64,000 nucleotides of DNA from an uncultured bacterium (GTDB lineage: Bacteria > Desulfobacterota > GWC2-55-46): assembly GCA_905339405.1 (NCBI GenBank), contig CAJPGC010000007.1:27739-91738 (forward strand), in the 5' to 3' direction. Positions 40,039-49,938 of this stretch are shown one piece after another (position 1 is the stretch's first letter; every line of letters starts with the position of its first letter). Under the pieces are notes generated by a model. It did not search any database. It was not told the DNA's origin and saw only the letters and a program-made list of their open reading frames with translations. The position numbers were made by a program, and so were the translations under genes.

Positions 40039-40893
40039 ATGAAAAGACTCCCTTCCTGGGCAAAAAAGACTCTGGGGCCGCTTGGAGCGCTCCACGAGAT
40101 GAAATCCATTCTCCGTAAGAGGAACCTCCATACGGTCTGCGAGTCCGCGAGGTGCCCGAATATCGGCGAGTGTTTCTCCAAGCCTACGGCGACCTTTCTA
40201 ATACTGGGCGACGTCTGTACCCGCACGTGCGCCTTCTGCTCGGTCGACAAGAGAGCGCGCCCACTCATCGTCGACCCGGAAGAGCCCATGAACATAGCCG
40301 TCACGGCGAAGGAACTGGGGCTCCGCCATGTGGTCGTCACTTCGGTCACGAGAGATGACCTTCCGGACGGCGGAGCGGGCCATTTTGCCTTGACAATCAA
40401 GGCGATACGGGATAACATTTCCCGCATTTTGATAGAGGTCCTGACCCCTGATTTCAGGGGAAACGAAGGGGCCCTGTCGGTTGTTTTCGAGGCCTGTCCC
40501 GACATATTCAACCACAACCTCGAGACGGTCCCGTCTCTTTACTCGCTCGTGCGCCCACAGGCGGACTATCGGCGTTCGCTTGTGGTGCTCGCGGCCTCGA
40601 AAAGGGCCGGGCTCATTACCAAGTCCGGCATCATGGTCGGGCTCGGCGAGACTCCCTCAGAGGTGAGGGAGGTCTTAAAAGACCTCAAGGACGCGGGCTG
40701 CGATGCCGTTACGATAGGACAGTACCTGAGGCCCACGAGGGAGAACCTCGAAGTGAGGGAGTACATAGAACCAGAGGTATTCAAGGAATACGAGGAGTTC
40801 GGAAAGGCCCTGGGGTTGCGCCATGTGTACTCGGGGCCTTTCGTAAGAAGCTCATATAATGCGGAAAAGTTAATGGACGAGCTGAAGCCATAA
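40039..40893 (+). CDS. lipA: Lipoyl synthase
   Basis: CESARCPNIGEC and CTRTCAFCSV dual-cluster motifs. Confidence 0.9.
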   Translation: MKRLPSWAKKTLGPLGALHEMKSILRKRNLHTVCESARCPNIGECFSKPTATFLILGDVCTRTCAFCSVDKRARPLIVDPEEPMNIAVTAKELGLRHVVVTSVTRDDLPDGGAGHFALTIKAIRDNISRILIEVLTPDFRGNEGALSVVFEACPDIFNHNLETVPSLYSLVRPQADYRRSLVVLAASKRAGLITKSGIMVGLGETPSEVREVLKDLKDAGCDAVTIGQYLRPTRENLEVREYIEPEVFKEYEEFGKALGLRHVYSGPFVRSSYNAEKLMDELKP

Positions 40894-40987
40894 GGATTCC
40901 TCCTAAAAAATTGTTCTTTTTCCTGATCTCTTTGTCAGGGCGGAAAAATAACTGATTTTTAGAGTCATCCATACTCAACAACCGAAG

Positions 40988-42190
40988 GTGCCTACGATGG
41001 AAGAGTTCCACAGGATAAAAAGGCTTCCGCCTTACGTTTTCAACATAGTGACCGACCTGAAGGTCCAGGCCCGCAAAAGGGGCGAGGACATAATAGACTT
41101 CGGCATGGGCAACCCTGACCAGCCCACCCCGAAGCACATTGTGGACAAGCTCATAGAAGCCACCATGAACCCGAGGAACCACAGGTACTCGGCTTCAAGG
41201 GGTATCTACAAGCTCCGCTGCGCCATAGCAGACTGGTACAAGAGGCGCTACAACGTCGACATAGATCCGGAGACCGAGGCTGTCGCTACAATAGGCTCGA
41301 AGGAGGGCATCGCCCACCTGGCGATGGCCATAATAGGCCCCGGCGACGTCGCGTTCGTGCCGAGCCCGACCTACCCGATACACACTTATTCGGTCATCAT
41401 AGCCGGGGGCGACGTAAGGAGCATCCCGCTTCTGCCGGGCGTCGATTTTTTCGACGAGCTGCAGAAGGCCGTCAAGCAGACCTGGCCGCGCCCGAAGCTC
41501 CTCATATTGAACTTCCCGCACAATCCTACGACGGAGTGCGTGGACAGGGAATTTTTCGTCAAGGTCGTGGACTTCGCCAAGGAGAACGACCTCATGGTCG
41601 TCCATGACCTCGCCTACGCCGACATAGTATTCGACGGCTACAAGGCGCCGAGCTTTCTCGAGGTGCCGGGCGCGAAAGACGTCGGGATTGAGTTCTTCAC
41701 GCTCTCCAAGAGCTACAATATGCCGGGTTGGAGAGTAGGCTTCGCCGTTGGCAACAAGAGGCTCATCGGCGCGCTCACGAGGATAAAGAGCTATCTCGAC
41801 TACGGCATGTTCCAGCCGATACAGATAGCCGGTATAATCGCGCTGAACGGCCCGCAGGACTGCGTCACCGAGATGTGCCACACCTACGAGCTCCGCCGAA
41901 ACGCCCTCATAGAGAGCTTCGGCAAGGCGGGCTGGGAGATAGAAAAGCCGAAGGCGACGATGTTCGTTTGGGCCAAGATACCCGAGCAGTACAGGGACAT
42001 GAAGTCCATCGAGTTCTCCAAGTTCCTCCTCAACAAGGCAAAGGTGGCAGTGTCCCCGGGCATTGGCTTCGGCGAGTACGGCGACGATTACGTCCGCCTC
42101 GCGCTCGTCGAGAACGAGCACAGGGTACGCCAGGCCGCCAAATGCATAAAGAAGGCTTTTGAATCGTCCGTCGAGAAGGTGGTCGGCTGA
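40988..42190 (+). CDS. Class I/II PLP aminotransferase (DapL/AlaT-like)
   Basis: N-terminal RLPPYVF...[15 protein letters not shown] block typical of LL-DAP / alanine aminotransferase-like enzymes; SKSYNM PLP-Lys region. Confidence 0.75.
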   Translation: MPTMEEFHRIKRLPPYVFNIVTDLKVQARKRGEDIIDFGMGNPDQPTPKHIVDKLIEATMNPRNHRYSASRGIYKLRCAIADWYKRRYNVDIDPETEAVATIGSKEGIAHLAMAIIGPGDVAFVPSPTYPIHTYSVIIAGGDVRSIPLLPGVDFFDELQKAVKQTWPRPKLLILNFPHNPTTECVDREFFVKVVDFAKENDLMVVHDLAYADIVFDGYKAPSFLEVPGAKDVGIEFFTLSKSYNMPGWRVGFAVGNKRLIGALTRIKSYLDYGMFQPIQIAGIIALNGPQDCVTEMCHTYELRRNALIESFGKAGWEIEKPKATMFVWAKIPEQYRDMKSIEFSKFLLNKAKVAVSPGIGFGEYGDDYVRLALVENEHRVRQAAKCIKKAFESSVEKVVG

Positions 42191-43557
42191 TGCCAGTTTC
42201 TGAAAAGGAATTCGCCCGCACCGGGGCCATGAAGACAGCGAAGCGCGTGAACGTCGGGCTCATAGGTTTCGGCACCGTCGGCACCGGCGTCGTGAGGGTC
42301 TTGAAGGAGAACGCCTCCGTCATCAAGGACAAGCTCGGCTGCGAGCTGGTATTGAAGAGGGTCGCCGACAGGGACATTGGCCGTGACAGGGGCGTGAAGC
42401 TTGACGAAGGCGTCCTCACGAGCGAGGCGATGGAGGTCATAAACGACCCGGAGATATCGATAGTCATCGAGCTCGTCGGTGGCACCGGCATAGCGAAAGA
42501 CTTCATCATGGAGGCGCTCTCGAACGGCAAGCACGTCGTGACCGCCAACAAGGCGCTCCTTTCCACCCACGGCAAGGAGATATTCAAGAAGGCCTCTGAA
42601 AAGGGCGTGGACATAGGCTTCGAGGCGAGCGTCGGCGGCGGCATACCCGTAATAAAGGCATTAAGGGAAGGGCTCGCCGCGAACAGGATAGAGTCGATCT
42701 ACGGGATCATAAACGGCACCGCCAACTACATACTCTCGAAGATGACGAACGAGGGCGGCAAGTTCGAGGACGTATTGAGGCGCGCCCAGGAAAAGGGCTA
42801 CGCCGAGGCAGACCCGACCTACGACGTAGAGGGCATAGACACGGCCCACAAGCTCGCCATACTCATCAACCTGGCCTTCGGGACCTATATAGGCATCAAG
42901 GACATATACACCGAAGGCATATCGAGGATAAACCAGCTCGATATCAAGTTCGCAAAGGAGTTCGGCTACAGGATTAAGCTGCTGGCCATAACGAAGTCGA
43001 TAGACGGCAGAATAGAGGCGAGGGTGCACCCGACCATGATACCGGCCAACCACCCGCTGGCTAACATAGACGGCGCGTTCAACGGCATCTACCTGAAGGG
43101 CAACGCCGTGGGGCCGGTCATGCTCTACGGCATGGGCGCGGGGATGATGCCCACGGCGAGCGCGGTCGTGGCCGACCTAATCGACATTGCCAGGAACATG
43201 AACACCGGCGCGGCGCAGAGAATACCCGCGCTGTCGTATGCAGATGACGCCGTGCGCCCGGTCGACATAAAAGAGACCGACTCGCTGGAGATACCCTATT
43301 ACATGCGCTTTCTGGCGGCCGACAAGCCGGGCGTGCTCTCGAACATATCAGGCGTTCTGGGGCGTCACGACATAAGCATCTCGTCGGTCATACAGCGTGA
43401 CAGGAAAATTGGCGGGTCTGTGGCGCTCGTGATCCTGACGCACCACGCTGTCGAAAAGGAGCTCATGGCGGCCCTCAGCGAGATAGAGAAGATGGACACC
43501 ATACACGAAAAGCCCGTATACATCAGGATAGAGGAGAACCTCGGTGCAGCTAACTAG
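42190..43557 (+). CDS. hom: Homoserine dehydrogenase
   Basis: NAD-binding GLIGFGTVG and catalytic/ACT domains. Alternative start at MKTAKRV (42229). Confidence 0.85.
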   Translation: MPVSEKEFARTGAMKTAKRVNVGLIGFGTVGTGVVRVLKENASVIKDKLGCELVLKRVADRDIGRDRGVKLDEGVLTSEAMEVINDPEISIVIELVGGTGIAKDFIMEALSNGKHVVTANKALLSTHGKEIFKKASEKGVDIGFEASVGGGIPVIKALREGLAANRIESIYGIINGTANYILSKMTNEGGKFEDVLRRAQEKGYAEADPTYDVEGIDTAHKLAILINLAFGTYIGIKDIYTEGISRINQLDIKFAKEFGYRIKLLAITKSIDGRIEARVHPTMIPANHPLANIDGAFNGIYLKGNAVGPVMLYGMGAGMMPTASAVVADLIDIARNMNTGAAQRIPALSYADDAVRPVDIKETDSLEIPYYMRFLAADKPGVLSNISGVLGRHDISISSVIQRDRKIGGSVALVILTHHAVEKELMAALSEIEKMDTIHEKPVYIRIEENLGAAN

Positions 43558-44614
43558 GAAAGGACTCTGGGGAGGCATAATAAGGGAGTTCAGGGAATTC
43601 CTCCCGGAGATACAGGACGACGCGGTAACCACGCTGCTCGAAGGCAATACGCCCCTTGTCGAGTGCGTCAACCTCAAGGACCTCTTCGGTGAATTGAGGC
43701 TCATGCTCAAGTTCGAGGGCTTGAACCCCACCGGCTCGTTCAAGGACAGGGGCATGACCATGGCCGTCTCCAAGGCGAGGGAAGAGGGAGCGAAAGCGAT
43801 AATCTGCGCCTCTACCGGCAACACCTCGGCGGCCGCCGCGGCTTACGCGGCAAAGGCAGGCATGAGGGCGTTCGTGCTCGTGCCGGACGGTCAGATAGCC
43901 ATGGGCAAGCTCTCGCAGGCGATAATGCACGGGGCGATGGTCCTGCAGATAAAGGGCAACTTCGACAACGCCCTCGAGATAGTGAAAGAGATAACCAGAG
44001 ACTATCCCATAAAGATGGTCAACTCGATAAACCCGTTCAGGATAGAGGGGCAAAAGACAGGCGCCTTCGAGGTATGCGAGCACCTCGGGCACGCGCCGAC
44101 ATATCATTTCCTCCCGGTGGGCAACGCCGGAAACATAACCGCCTACTGGAAGGGCTACAGGCAGTATTACGGCGAGGGCATAATCTCCAACCTCCCGAAG
44201 ATGATGGGCTTCCAGGCCGAAGGGGCAGCGCCGATAGTCCTCGGCCACCCGGTCGAAGAGCCTGACACTCTGGCCACGGCCATAAAGATAGGCAACCCGG
44301 CGAGCTGGGACGGGGCGTTGAAGGCCAGGGACGAAAGCGGCGGCGTCATAAGTTCCGTGACTGACGACGAGATAATAGAGGCCTACAAGCTCCTGGCGGC
44401 CCGTGAAGGCGTCTTTTGCGAGCCCGCGTCTGCGGCTTCTGTGGCTGGCGTCATTAAGATGAAAAAAGAAGGCGTCCTCAATGACGGTGACACGGTCGTA
44501 TGCACGCTCACCGGCCACGGCCTCAAGGACCCGGACATAGCATTGAAGTCCTCTGAGAAGCCGATAAAGGTGCCTGCTGATACTGCGAAGATCCTGAAGG
44601 TCATGGGCTTTTAG
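43544..44614 (+). CDS. thrC: Threonine synthase
   Basis: PLP-Lys motif NPTGSFKDRG plus ASTGNTSAAAA. Confidence 0.9.
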   Translation: MQLTRKGLWGGIIREFREFLPEIQDDAVTTLLEGNTPLVECVNLKDLFGELRLMLKFEGLNPTGSFKDRGMTMAVSKAREEGAKAIICASTGNTSAAAAAYAAKAGMRAFVLVPDGQIAMGKLSQAIMHGAMVLQIKGNFDNALEIVKEITRDYPIKMVNSINPFRIEGQKTGAFEVCEHLGHAPTYHFLPVGNAGNITAYWKGYRQYYGEGIISNLPKMMGFQAEGAAPIVLGHPVEEPDTLATAIKIGNPASWDGALKARDESGGVISSVTDDEIIEAYKLLAAREGVFCEPASAASVAGVIKMKKEGVLNDGDTVVCTLTGHGLKDPDIALKSSEKPIKVPADTAKILKVMGF

Positions 44615-44705
44615 CAGCAGGCTGCCTGAAAATACGATAAGCTGTTTGTGAGGGCGCTCCAGGCCCTCAGCTGTTTGATTCTCCCAGGAACGGAAGGGAC
44701 ATCCC

Positions 44706-45917
44706 ATGAAGTACATAATACTCGTCGGCGACGGAATGGCCGACAACGACATGGCCGAGCTCGGCGGCAAAACGCCGCTCGACGTCGCCAGCACCCCCAA
44801 CATGGACTCTCTTGCCGGGAAGGGCAGGTACGGCCTTTTCAGGACGGTGCCTCCGGGGTTTTCCCCGGGCAGCGACGTCGCCAACCTGAGCGTCATGGGC
44901 TACGACCCGAGGAAGTACTACACCGGCAGGGCCCCGCTCGAGGCGGCCTCAATTGGCGTAAAGCTAGGCCCGGCCGACATAGCCTTCAGGTGCAACCTCG
45001 TCACTCTCGTTGAAAAAGACGCCGAGACGATAATGGGGGACTACAGCTCCGGCCACATAACCACGGATGACGCGAGGGAGATAGTCCTCTCTCTCGACGA
45101 GGCTTTGAAGTCCGAGGGTGTCAGGTTCTACCCCGGCACCAGCTACAGGCATCTCATGGTCTGGAAGGACGGGGCAAAGGAGCTGAAGACCACCCCGCCG
45201 CATGACATATCCGACAAGGCGATAGCGCCCTGGCTGCCAAAAGGCGACAGGGCCGACAAGCTGGTGCGCCTCATGGAGCTTTCCTGGGCAGTGCTGAAGG
45301 ACCACCCCACGAACAGGAAGAGGGTGGCGGCTGGCAAAAAGCCCGCAACTTCCATCTGGCTCTGGGGGCAGGGCAGCGCTCCGGCGATGCCTGCATTGCG
45401 CGAGCGGTTCGGGAAAGAAGGCGCGATAATATCGGCCGTGGACCTCATGAAGGGGATAGGCTTGTACGCTGGTCTCGAGGTCATAAACGTGCCCGGAGCA
45501 ACCGGCTACATCGACACCAATTATAAGGGAAAGGCCGAGGCCGCCATCAAGGCGCTCGAGTCTAAGGACTTCGTCTGCGTCCACGTCGAGGCCCCCGACG
45601 AGGCCGGGCACAACGGCAGCCTCAAGGACAAGCTCCAGGCCATAGAGGACTTCGACGGGAAGATAGTAGGCCCGGTAGTGAAGGGCGCGGCCAGGTTCGG
45701 GGATTTCGCGGTGCTCGTCCTCCCGGACCACCCGACCCCGGTTGCCATAAAGACCCACACTTCCGACCCGGTCCCATTTGTCCTGTACCGTAGCGGCGCT
45801 GAAGGCGAGCCTTCGAAGTTCTGCGAGAAGGGCGCGAAGTCGACCGGCGTCCTCGTCGAGGACTGCCAGTCGCTCGCGGAGGATTTTTTCGGAAGGTCCG
45901 AGAAAGCCCGGGCCTGA
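44706..45917 (+). CDS. Cofactor-independent phosphoglycerate mutase, archaeal-type (ApgM family); candidate non-canonical homoserine kinase
   Basis: ApgM-family N-terminus (MKYIILVGDGMAD...TPNMD) and metal-binding Asp/His residues. Located immediately downstream of hom-thrC with no thrB present. Confidence 0.75.
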   Translation: MKYIILVGDGMADNDMAELGGKTPLDVASTPNMDSLAGKGRYGLFRTVPPGFSPGSDVANLSVMGYDPRKYYTGRAPLEAASIGVKLGPADIAFRCNLVTLVEKDAETIMGDYSSGHITTDDAREIVLSLDEALKSEGVRFYPGTSYRHLMVWKDGAKELKTTPPHDISDKAIAPWLPKGDRADKLVRLMELSWAVLKDHPTNRKRVAAGKKPATSIWLWGQGSAPAMPALRERFGKEGAIISAVDLMKGIGLYAGLEVINVPGATGYIDTNYKGKAEAAIKALESKDFVCVHVEAPDEAGHNGSLKDKLQAIEDFDGKIVGPVVKGAARFGDFAVLVLPDHPTPVAIKTHTSDPVPFVLYRSGAEGEPSKFCEKGAKSTGVLVEDCQSLAEDFFGRSEKARA

Positions 45918-45941
45918 GTTGGCAAGAGGATAAAAACAAGA

Positions 45942-45970
45942 GCCCGCAGAATGTCTGCGGGCTTTTTTCT
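45942..45970 (+). terminator. Rho-independent terminator
   Basis: Hairpin agcccgcaga-atgtctgcgggc followed by a T6 run. Confidence 0.65.
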
Positions 45971-46066
45971 GTGTGTAAGCCGGTCATCAGGCCGAATAGC
46001 GGCACCCCTCTTTTCTAAAGAGGGGCAGGGGAGATTGAACTGGACGGATCATCCCCTCGCTCCCCT

Positions 46067-46948
46067 TTGGCAAAGGGGGAAGTTCACTATGAGAACCCTT
46101 TCAATATGAAACGTTCCCTCTACGCGCTCCTCATATTCGCCTCTATACTCCTGGTGCTTTACCTGGCGTTCATCCCGGGCGTGGCTCACCTTGTGAAGGA
46201 GAACCCGAAAAAAACCGCCATGATGGAGTACAGGGAGGCCGAGTGGGCCGCCAAAAAGAAAAAACGCAGGATAAGCCATGTCTGGGTGCCGTACTCGCGC
46301 ATCTCCCCGTACATGGCCAAGGCGGCCATAATAGCCGAGGACGACAAGTTCTGGCAGCACGAGGGCTTTGACGTCGAGGCCATAAGCAAGGCCATAGAAA
46401 AAGACCTCAAGGCCGGGAAGTTCAAATCCGGCGGCTCCACCATAAGCCAGCAGCTCGCCAAGAACCTTTTCCTTACCCCGGCTAAGTCTCCCGTAAGGAA
46501 GATAAGGGAGGCAGTCATCACATGGAAGCTCGAGCGCACGCTCTCGAAAAGGCGCATACTCGAGCTCTATTTGAACGCCGCCGAGTGGGGCGAGGGCGTA
46601 TTCGGCGTGGAGGCGGCCTCACGCCACCACTTCGGCAAGTCCGCTTCACAGCTCACGGCGATGGAAGCCGCGAGGCTCGCGGCCGTCCTCCCCAACCCGA
46701 GGAGGTATAACGCCTCCGGAGAGCAGAGGTACGTGGCCAACAGGGCGAACGTCATCTACAGGATAATGGTCAGGCGCGGCATAGCCATCCCCGAGTTCGA
46801 GGAGATACAGGCCGAGGGCATCGATATCTCTTCTTCCATCGATATTACCGCTGAACCCGGCGTGTCGACCGAGCCCGGCGAAGCGCCTGCCGGTGCGCCG
46901 CAGGACAGCCTGCCCGTTGTCGAAGAGCCGAAGGCAGTCACGAACTGA
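46067..46948 (+). CDS. mtgA: Monofunctional biosynthetic peptidoglycan transglycosylase (GT51)
   Basis: GT51 motifs (EDDKFWQHEGFD, GGSTISQQLAKN); N-terminal TM anchor. A more likely start is the ATG at 46106 (MKRSLYALL). Confidence 0.8.
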   Translation: MAKGEVHYENPFNMKRSLYALLIFASILLVLYLAFIPGVAHLVKENPKKTAMMEYREAEWAAKKKKRRISHVWVPYSRISPYMAKAAIIAEDDKFWQHEGFDVEAISKAIEKDLKAGKFKSGGSTISQQLAKNLFLTPAKSPVRKIREAVITWKLERTLSKRRILELYLNAAEWGEGVFGVEAASRHHFGKSASQLTAMEAARLAAVLPNPRRYNASGEQRYVANRANVIYRIMVRRGIAIPEFEEIQAEGIDISSSIDITAEPGVSTEPGEAPAGAPQDSLPVVEEPKAVTN

Positions 46949-47306
46949 AGCTTACGGCATGCTTTTTTTGCGCGCTGCCGCGCTAAATTGTTTCCGCCAA
47001 AATACCATGTAACGCGGCTGTCGCCGCTCTCTGTAACAGGGCTCTACGCGCTTTCCGCCTCCCCCACCCGCGAACCTCGCCCCTGAGGTCGCTTCGCTCC
47101 CGACAGCCCCGGCTCGGTTCGCCACTGCCTCCCTTAGGCGCGCTCCGCCCTGTTACGGTGTATGTGTTAAAGACAATACAAATAAAAAACAAATCTTTTT
47201 AGGCGTATCATAGCTGGCGCAGGTTAATCTCTAGAGCGGTAGCCGCTATTACAGAGGAATTGATTATATCCCCATCCCTGAAGGTTGAAAACGGCATCCG
47301 TCCTTC

Positions 47307-47335
47307 TTGACTCTCTCCAATATCTGGATTATCAT
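47307..47335 (+). promoter_or_regulatory. Putative sigma-70 promoter of the lexA operon
   Basis: TTGACT-17 nt-TATCAT immediately upstream of the palindromic operator. Confidence 0.4.
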
Positions 47336-47356
47336 AGGGTAACGTTTGTTACCCTA
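47335..47356 (+). promoter_or_regulatory. Palindromic operator (candidate LexA/SOS box) overlapping the lexA start codon
   Basis: TAGGGTAAC-GTTT-GTTACCCTA: perfect 9-bp inverted arms, located between the -10 element and the ATG. Confidence 0.45.
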
Positions 47357-47967
47357 TGAAGCCGCTTACCACAAGACAAAAGGAAATACTCGTTTTTTTA
47401 CGCGAGTTTATAAGCGAAAGCGGATACCCGCCCTCACTGAGGGACATCTGCGCCCGCTTCGGCATAAGCGGCCCCAAGAACGCGGCAAAGCACCTCGACG
47501 CCCTCGAAAAAAAGGGCTTCATAAGGAGGAGGGCCGCCTCGTCGAGGGCAATAGAGCTTCTCGGGCCATCCCCGCTGGGAGGCGTGCCAATTCCCATAGC
47601 GGGAAGGGTGAGGGCGGGCTCCCCTGAACCAGCTGTCGAGGACATAACAGGCCACGTGGTGCTCGATGAGAGCTTCTTCAGGTGCTCCGGGGCTTTTGTC
47701 CTGAAGGTCGTGGGCGAGAGCATGACAGGGGCCGGGATAAACGACGGGGATTTCGTCGTCGTCAGGCCCCAGCCTGAGGCCGCGCCCGGCGACATTGTCG
47801 TGGCCCTCCTGGACGGCGAGGCCACTGTGAAGACCTTCCTGCGCGACGGGGACGAGGTCGTATTGAGGCCCGAAAACCCGGCGATGAAGCCTATAAGGGT
47901 TACCGGGACGGAGGACTTCGCAATTGCCGGCAAGGTCGTGTCGGTCATAAGGCGGATTGGGAAATAG
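47356..47967 (+). CDS. lexA: LexA repressor (S24 peptidase)
   Basis: N-terminal winged HTH, AG cleavage site (IAGRVRAG), Ser/Lys dyad (GESMTGAGI ... KTF). Confidence 0.9.
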   Translation: MKPLTTRQKEILVFLREFISESGYPPSLRDICARFGISGPKNAAKHLDALEKKGFIRRRAASSRAIELLGPSPLGGVPIPIAGRVRAGSPEPAVEDITGHVVLDESFFRCSGAFVLKVVGESMTGAGINDGDFVVVRPQPEAAPGDIVVALLDGEATVKTFLRDGDEVVLRPENPAMKPIRVTGTEDFAIAGKVVSVIRRIGK

Positions 47968-47986
47968 TTTAAGGAATTTAAAGAGT

Positions 47987-48223
47987 ATGGCTGAAAGCAT
48001 AAAGGAAGAGATAAAGGTCGTGGCCGTCTTCGACAGGGGCTTGAAGCCGGTCAAGTTCCGTTGGCGCGGGCGTCTTTACATCATAACGGAGGTGACCCAC
48101 ACCTGGTCTTCGAGGCATGGGGCTTCCGGCATACTCCACTACGCGGTCACTGACGGGGCCACGCTTTTCGAGCTGGCCTACAACCAGTCGACGATGAGAT
48201 GGTCGATAGAGGCGTCCGAGTGA
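47987..48223 (+). CDS. Small hypothetical protein within the SOS operon
   Basis: 78-88 aa ORF between lexA and dinB; its stop overlaps the dinB GTG (GTGA). Confidence 0.4.
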   Translation: MAESIKEEIKVVAVFDRGLKPVKFRWRGRLYIITEVTHTWSSRHGASGILHYAVTDGATLFELAYNQSTMRWSIEASE

Positions 48224-49452
48224 AGCTCATAATGCACGTCGACATGAACGCCTTTTTCGCCTCCGTCGAGCAGAGGTGCGACCCGGCCCTTCGCGGCAAG
48301 CCCATAGCCGTCGTCGGCTCGGCCAAGAGGACGGTGGTGACGACCGCCTCCTACGAGGCGAGGAAGCTGGGCGTCAAGACCGGAATGAACAAGTTCGAGG
48401 CAAAGAAGGCCTGCCCGTCGCTCATTCTCGTCATCGGCGACAACAGGAAGTACATAGACGCCTCGGTGCGCATACTGGAGATATTGAAGTCCTTCTCCCC
48501 GAAGGTCGAGGCATATTCCATCGACGAGGCGTTCCTCGACATAACGGGCTGCCTTAAGCCCTTCGGCTCGCCGGAGGCACTGGCAAGGGCCGTGAAGGAG
48601 AGGATAAGGGAAGGGGTCGGCCTTACCTGCTCCATCGGCATAGCGCCTAATAAGCTCCTGGCAAAGCTCGCCTCCGACATGCAGAAGCCGGACGGCTTGG
48701 TAATAATAGATGAGGCCGGGAAAGCGAAGCTGCTGGAGGACCTCCCGGTGGGCGAGCTCTGGGGCATAGGCCCGAGGCTCACCGAGCACCTCGGCAGGTT
48801 GGGAGTGAAGACCTGCGGCCAGCTCGGCAGGTTCCCGGCAAGCGTGCTGCGCGAGAGGTTCGGCATAATAGGCGAGAGATTGAGGCTCATGGGCCAGGGC
48901 GTCTATTCGAGCGAGGTAGTGCCGATAGGGCAGGAGGAAGAGGCCAAGAGCGTCGGCCACTCCACGACTCTGCCTGCCGATACGTCCGAGAAAGCGGAGA
49001 TCAAAAGGTATCTCCTGAAGCTCTCCGAGATGGTTGGCGCGAGGGCGAGGGAGCATTGCCTCAAGGGCGGCAAAGTATGTCTCACAATAAGGTACCCTGA
49101 TTTTTATACCTTCTCGCGACAGAGAACGCTACCCGTCCACACGAACGACACCCGGGCCATATATGCCTCGGCCCTGGCCATACTGGAGTCGATGAGGCTC
49201 AGGACGGCCGTCAGGCTCCTGGGCGTTTCGATATCCGCTCTCGCGAAGGGCAGCGGCCAGATGGCCCTTTTCGAGGAGGACAGACGGCGCGAGAAGCTCC
49301 TCGAGGCTATGGACGAGGTCAACAGGTCTTTCGGCGAGTACACCGTCACCTGGGGGACTCTCCTGGACGAGGGGGGCGGAAGCGAGGACGATACCGGGGT
49401 GATATCCCCGGCGTGGAGGCCTGTCGGTGTAAAAAGGGTCAACGTGAAATGA
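48220..49452 (+). CDS. dinB: DNA polymerase IV (Y-family)
   Basis: Y-family motifs (IMHVDMNAFFASVE, SIDEAFLD). Residues VKLIMH align with E. coli DinB MRKIIH, supporting a GTG start at 48220. The listed ORF start 48199 and an ATG at 48232 are alternatives. Confidence 0.85.
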   Translation: MKLIMHVDMNAFFASVEQRCDPALRGKPIAVVGSAKRTVVTTASYEARKLGVKTGMNKFEAKKACPSLILVIGDNRKYIDASVRILEILKSFSPKVEAYSIDEAFLDITGCLKPFGSPEALARAVKERIREGVGLTCSIGIAPNKLLAKLASDMQKPDGLVIIDEAGKAKLLEDLPVGELWGIGPRLTEHLGRLGVKTCGQLGRFPASVLRERFGIIGERLRLMGQGVYSSEVVPIGQEEEAKSVGHSTTLPADTSEKAEIKRYLLKLSEMVGARAREHCLKGGKVCLTIRYPDFYTFSRQRTLPVHTNDTRAIYASALAILESMRLRTAVRLLGVSISALAKGSGQMALFEEDRRREKLLEAMDEVNRSFGEYTVTWGTLLDEGGGSEDDTGVISPAWRPVGVKRVNVK

Positions 49453-49512
49453 CGCCCCCTCATCCCTCAAGTGTAAAGTTCTTTTTCTATTTTCTTTTTT
49501 TCCGTAAAGAAT

Positions 49513-49540
49513 TTGACAACGGTTCGAACCCTGCTAAAGT
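49513..49540 (+). promoter_or_regulatory. Putative sigma-70 promoter of a possible small RNA
   Basis: TTGACA-16 nt-TAAAGT in an AT-rich stretch; a strong terminator lies about 45 nt downstream. Confidence 0.25.
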
Positions 49541-49584
49541 CCTTATCAAGGCTAATCGGTCGCAGATGCCTTTTAACCCCCTTT

Positions 49585-49620
49585 GCCGGGAGCGTGCCCT
49601 CGCTCCCGGCAGTTTTTTAT
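49585..49620 (+). terminator. Strong rho-independent terminator
   Basis: Perfect 10-bp stem gccgggagcg/cgctcccggc with a 6-nt loop, followed by a T6 run. Confidence 0.7.
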
Positions 49621-49938
49621 TTCAGGGCCCGATATTTTTATAACCCTTCATTTTTTCAGCTGATTTCTTAATTCCTCTAAAATTTAAAGCCTGGTCTAAT
49701 CTTTCCTTAATCTTTCATATGTAAAATGGTTATCGAAACCTGGGGTACTCCTTTCCACAAGTTAAAGCGATGTTCCCCTGAATGCGCCCGGAAGCCCATG
49801 ACTGCCTTCCGGGCGTATTTAATTTCAGGCTGTCCGGATATCACCGGCCTTTTTTCTTTGTTGGCCGCCTTAATACCCTCTTAATCTCTCTTGCGTATAA
49901 TGGGAGGCGTAAAGAACGCATCCATCAAGGAGGAGCCC

